Assembly: GCA_964035545.1 (NCBI GenBank)
Contig: CAXIUT010000277.1
Location: forward strand, 26,011 to 66,028
Source: Bugula neritina
Lineage: Eukaryota > Animalia > Bryozoa
Length of the DNA: 40,018 nt
Direction: 5' to 3'
The position numbers were made by a program, and so were the translations under genes. Shown here in pieces: positions 36,281 to 40,018 of the stretch; position 1 is the stretch's first letter; each line of letters opens with the position of its first letter. The notes below the pieces were generated by a model that saw nothing but the letters and a program-made list of their open reading frames with translations, was not told the DNA's origin and did not search any database.

Positions 36281-38990
36281 AAATAATCATAACTTAATGC
36301 TAGAAATATTCTTTGAGATTATAAACAGATCAATCCACTCTTATCCATTCATTGATTTCATTGACTCGTCTGAAATACCAAAACATATAATACCCATCAG
36401 TACTACAACTAGTAAACGATAGTCATTAGTCAAATACAACTATAAACTTCAACCTAATTACTCACAACCAATACAGACACAAAAGATACCAGCTCAACCT
36501 CTTATAATATGTTGGTATTTTACGTTAACGGACTAATAGCTATCATTTTGGATGTTAAACTAGTTTATACTAATTCATTGATTTCTTTGTTTGTGAAATA
36601 GATAGGTTGTTGGAGTAGACTATCAAAAACAATCAGTATTACTATGTTATTACTCCTACCTAAATTACGGTTGATGATAGAGATAGTAAATTAAAATTTA
36701 GTATTAATTTAAAACCACAGAATAATTTATATTCTGATTAAGATAAAATTCCATAGCAGTATAAATTTAGTTTATATATGGATAAAAATATTAATAAAAG
36801 TTTAGATCAAATCGGATTTAGAAGTACTGCCATTAGTCTACTTGGTCTCATAGGTAATTTTTAAACATACTAACAATATTAAAAATTATTGGCAAAAAAT
36901 AATAATAACGAACTATTTACTAATTTTATACTAGAAATTATCTAGTCTATCGATAAAGAATCCTATTTTAGCCAAAGTACTATAATATACTTGAAAAAAT
37001 GGTTAAAAATATAAGATATTGATTAAAAGGATGTGAGTAATTAATAAAAAAAATAAAAAGATAATAAAGTAATATAAATACCTTGGCTATTTGGATATTT
37101 AGGATAGCATTAAAAATAAAAAATAAAACAAAAAGAACTCTAAATATAAAAGTAGAAGACGAAAAGAGAAATAAAAGTTAATAGAGGAATAAAAGGCATT
37201 GGAGAGGTAGAAGGCTTTAGAAAGGTAAAAGGCTTTAGAGGAGTAGAAAGCAAAATAGAGATAAATACAAAAGTAAATACAAAAGTAGAAATAATTACAA
37301 AAGTAGAAATAAATACAAAAATAGAAATAGAAATAGGAGTAGATAAAAAAGTAAATGTAAAAATAGAAGTAAGAATAAAGATAAAAGCGATAAGATGAGA
37401 TGAAAAAGCTATTTGAGCTAGAACAAAAAGTAAATTCATAAGATATAAGTATAATCTTTTAAATAAAAGCTATCGCTATAGCCAGATAATAAAGACACTG
37501 AGTAGAGTGAGACATAAGTAAGTGATGAATCAAAGGTATCAACAAAAGCTGAGAGTGATTTTCCTTGGTTATCATAAAAATTATAGCCAGTTAAAGCACC
37601 TTCACCGCCTTAAGATACAAAAAAGGTAGATTTTTGTTCGTACAATAACATCAAATCCAAATACAGGTATATCGTATTTTAATGGTAATTAGACAAAAAA
37701 TTATACAGTATATTCAACATCAGGGTCATCTAATTATTCAAGCAGTTTGGCAAAGGAAAAAAACTCAAGAGTAAAAAGATAAAGAATTCAAGTTCAATAA
37801 TAGAGAGATAAAATTGAATTTTAATAATATATTTTAGAAATAGATAAAAGATGCTAGAAATTGGAGAAGACATTAATCTACCTTGAAAAGAATGAAAAAT
37901 TAATTATAATAATCATAAAAAAAATTAAATATTAAAAATTGTTTCCTAACATCTTAAGTAACTAAACAGTTTACCAATTTTTAAAATAAACTATCAAAAA
38001 CAAAGGCATTTTTATATAACTAGGATACAAATCAATTAATAATAATAAATACAAAAAGTATAACAATAATAATAAATAAAATTCAGAGATATCAATAAAC
38101 TCATTATAGCTATCTCTTTAGAATCAATAGTAGCTGGGATTATGCCAGAAATGTCAAAACAAATAAATCAAAAATAAGAACACATTGTGATCACTAACTT
38201 TGTTTATTATGTTTCTAGAAACATCTGGATTATATTAGATAAAAAAGCAGTTCAAACTTATTCCATGTGTTTTATGTCCTACAACACTATCATATGCTAC
38301 TATTATCTACTTACTATCAAATATACCAACTTTTATGAATAGTTTTGTTAGATATTTAGCTTATCACTACTACCAGCCAACAAGTAAGAAGTTCAAACGT
38401 TGTCAAAAGATGTTATGTTAAGGCTAGGCATCAATATATAAGGTACAAGAGGGTAATAAGATATTTTATTGTTAAAAATGTAATTCTTATCTGTGTGTAC
38501 TATGTAGTAGGTAAAGTCATGGAGAGTTAAGTTGCTAGTAGTTGATATAAAAATAGTCGGAATATCTTCAAGAAATGGAGAATCATTTGGGGGAGATTAG
38601 TAAATACAAAAAATCTAGAAAAAAAATAAATAAAAATCATATCCAATTATTGCTAAATTAATATCAGTATAAAACTATTGAAGAAATAGACTATGTTGAA
38701 GCACTTTTGAAGATATGTGTAACTAAGGTTTGGTCAAACAAGATAAAATAAAATGTACTTGGAATGTTAGGTTGAAGAAATCAATATTTTAGACTAGTTT
38801 ATTAGTGTTATAAAATAAAATTATTTAACGTTTAATAAGATTATTTAAAATATGGGAAATAAAAATTAAAATATTTAAGAAATAAGTAAAGAAAATCAAG
38901 ATGTTTTTATTAACTTGATGGATGTCCTAGAATATCAAAGAGTTATTATCAATCTTGGTACCAAAAAGTGATTTATATTTAGAGTTTTTG
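36277..38990 (+). CDS. Large protein with an E/K-rich helix and a C-terminal IBR/RBR-like zinc finger; frameshifted, may be more than one gene
   Basis: EKALEREKALERE tract at ~37190-37420 and RCQKMLC...FYCEKCNSYLCVLCSRESHGELSC at ~38400-38540. Confidence 0.55.
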
Positions 38991-39112
38991 ATTAATATTT
39001 AGAGTTTAAAAAAATATATAAGAGTATTATATATTATTTATAGTTAATATAGAGAGTATTTTAGTTATTAAGTTAAAATATTAGAGTTTGTTATTAATAT
39101 AGAGTATTACTT
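38975..39112. repeat. Degenerate AATAT(T)AGAGT(A/T)TT repeats, ~6 copies
   Basis: agagt cores recur every ~20-35 nt in AT-rich DNA. Confidence 0.55.
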
Positions 39113-39120
39113 ATTATAAA

Positions 39121-39848
39121 ATGTGGATAATAGATATTATTGATGAGTCTAGAAATCATTAGAATTTGATTACACCGCAGCATTATTTCTTTGAAACTAT
39201 AAATATTCAAGAGATGCCAGTAACGAATACAGTTCAGATGGGATCACAGATATCAAAAGCAAGCAGCAAAGCATGGAAGTACACCTCATAACAACCATTC
39301 AAGAAATAAAACAAAAAATAGATAAAAAAAAAATCATGAGACTGTAAGATGGATTATCTCCTCAAAATAAGATTGATACTTGTTTCTCACCAAAACAAAA
39401 TAAAAGAAAACAGTTATTTTCAGCATTATCCTGTCGAGCTCTTCTAAAGAAAGCAAAAGAAATAGATCACAATGACCCCCATCAAACCTTTCTACCACAG
39501 AGACAAAGCAAAAGTAGAAGCAATAATACACAAGTTGAAAGAAATCATTTAAAGAGGAAATAAAATAAAATCTATGAAGTGAGCCTGGAGAAGAAGCTTA
39601 TCAGTAAATAGCAAATATAATAAGTTAAAAAATAAGAGAAGCCCAAAATAATAATTCATGATCAAACTCATTTATTGGATAGACCTGACTCTTAAGGAAG
39701 TCTAACTAAATTGATTTTACTTGGTAGCTAGTAATCTAAAATATAACAAAAAATACAAGCTATCAACTCCATAAAATCCAACTCAAGCACCTAATAATAT
39801 ATCAAACTCATCAAATTGTTATCCGCCGAATCCAACAAAAATAAATGA
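39121..39848 (+). CDS. Hypothetical basic protein with one frameshift at the A-run ~39324-39333
   Basis: Two long open frames joined at a poly-A tract, ending KNK-TGA. Confidence 0.55.
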
Positions 39849-39929
39849 TAATTTTGATATGATATTATGTTAGATAATAGAATACTATATAAGGGATAAA
39901 AAATATGATATGATATGAAATAATGCGGT

Positions 39930-40018
39930 GGGGTTGGGGTTGGGGTTGGGGTTGGGGTTGGGGTTGGGGTTGGGGTTGGGGTTGGGGTTGGGGTTGGGGG
40001 TTGGGGTTGGGGGTTGGG
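39930..40018 (+). repeat. Right telomere (GGGGTT)n
   Basis: About 15 units running to the window end, one with G5. Confidence 0.98.

Noticed and set aside
37140-37439. Hydrophobic minus-strand membrane ORF
   Set aside because: It is the antisense shadow of the E/K-rich tract on the + strand.
429-39531. Supplied ORF track taken as the gene set
   Set aside because: It treats TAA/TAG as stops, so most entries are fragments or antisense shadows.
39173-39930. Similarity between caccgcagcattatttc (39173) and the reverse complement of the right subtelomere (caccgcattatttc)
   Set aside because: The match is short, gapped and inside a CDS, and it is not seen at the other ends. It is probably chance.
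1-40018. tRNA, rRNA, transposons or IES-like elements
   Set aside because: No recognisable structures, transposase motifs or terminal repeats were seen by eye. A tRNAscan or Infernal run is needed to exclude them.

Overview
AT-rich, gene-dense ciliate macronuclear DNA. It has (CCCCAA)n at the left end, (GGGGTT)n at the right end and a third, one-sided (CCCCAA)n tract at ~32.73-32.81 kb, so it looks like a ~32.7 kb piece joined to a ~7.3 kb telomere-capped piece. The supplied ORF track is misleading because TAA and TAG are sense codons. At invariant positions of centrin, PMCA, importin-9 and an alpha/beta hydrolase, and in aligned columns of paralogs and repeats within the window, both read Glu, with TGA as the only stop. 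This matches NCBI table 30, so the organism is probably a peritrich (inference). Hand translation gives about 26 genes with 20-22 nt GT-AG introns. They include importin-9, a PMCA Ca2+-ATPase, three tandem RING-H2 genes, a thioesterase, centrin, two UBR-like genes, a fused YeeE/YedE transporter, an LRR gene, a large Cys-rich surface protein, an HTH factor, a small Tim, a hydrolase and an IBR protein. The most notable patterns are the internal telomere with a possible minichromosome, one-repeat-per-exon 72-nt phase-1 LRR modules, a strand-independent C-rich to G-rich skew across each gene, a TGA-T stop bias and very short intergenic gaps. Many genes carry 1-nt frameshifts at homopolymers, probably long-read errors, so some boundaries are approximate. 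All calls come from manual reading; no searches were run.
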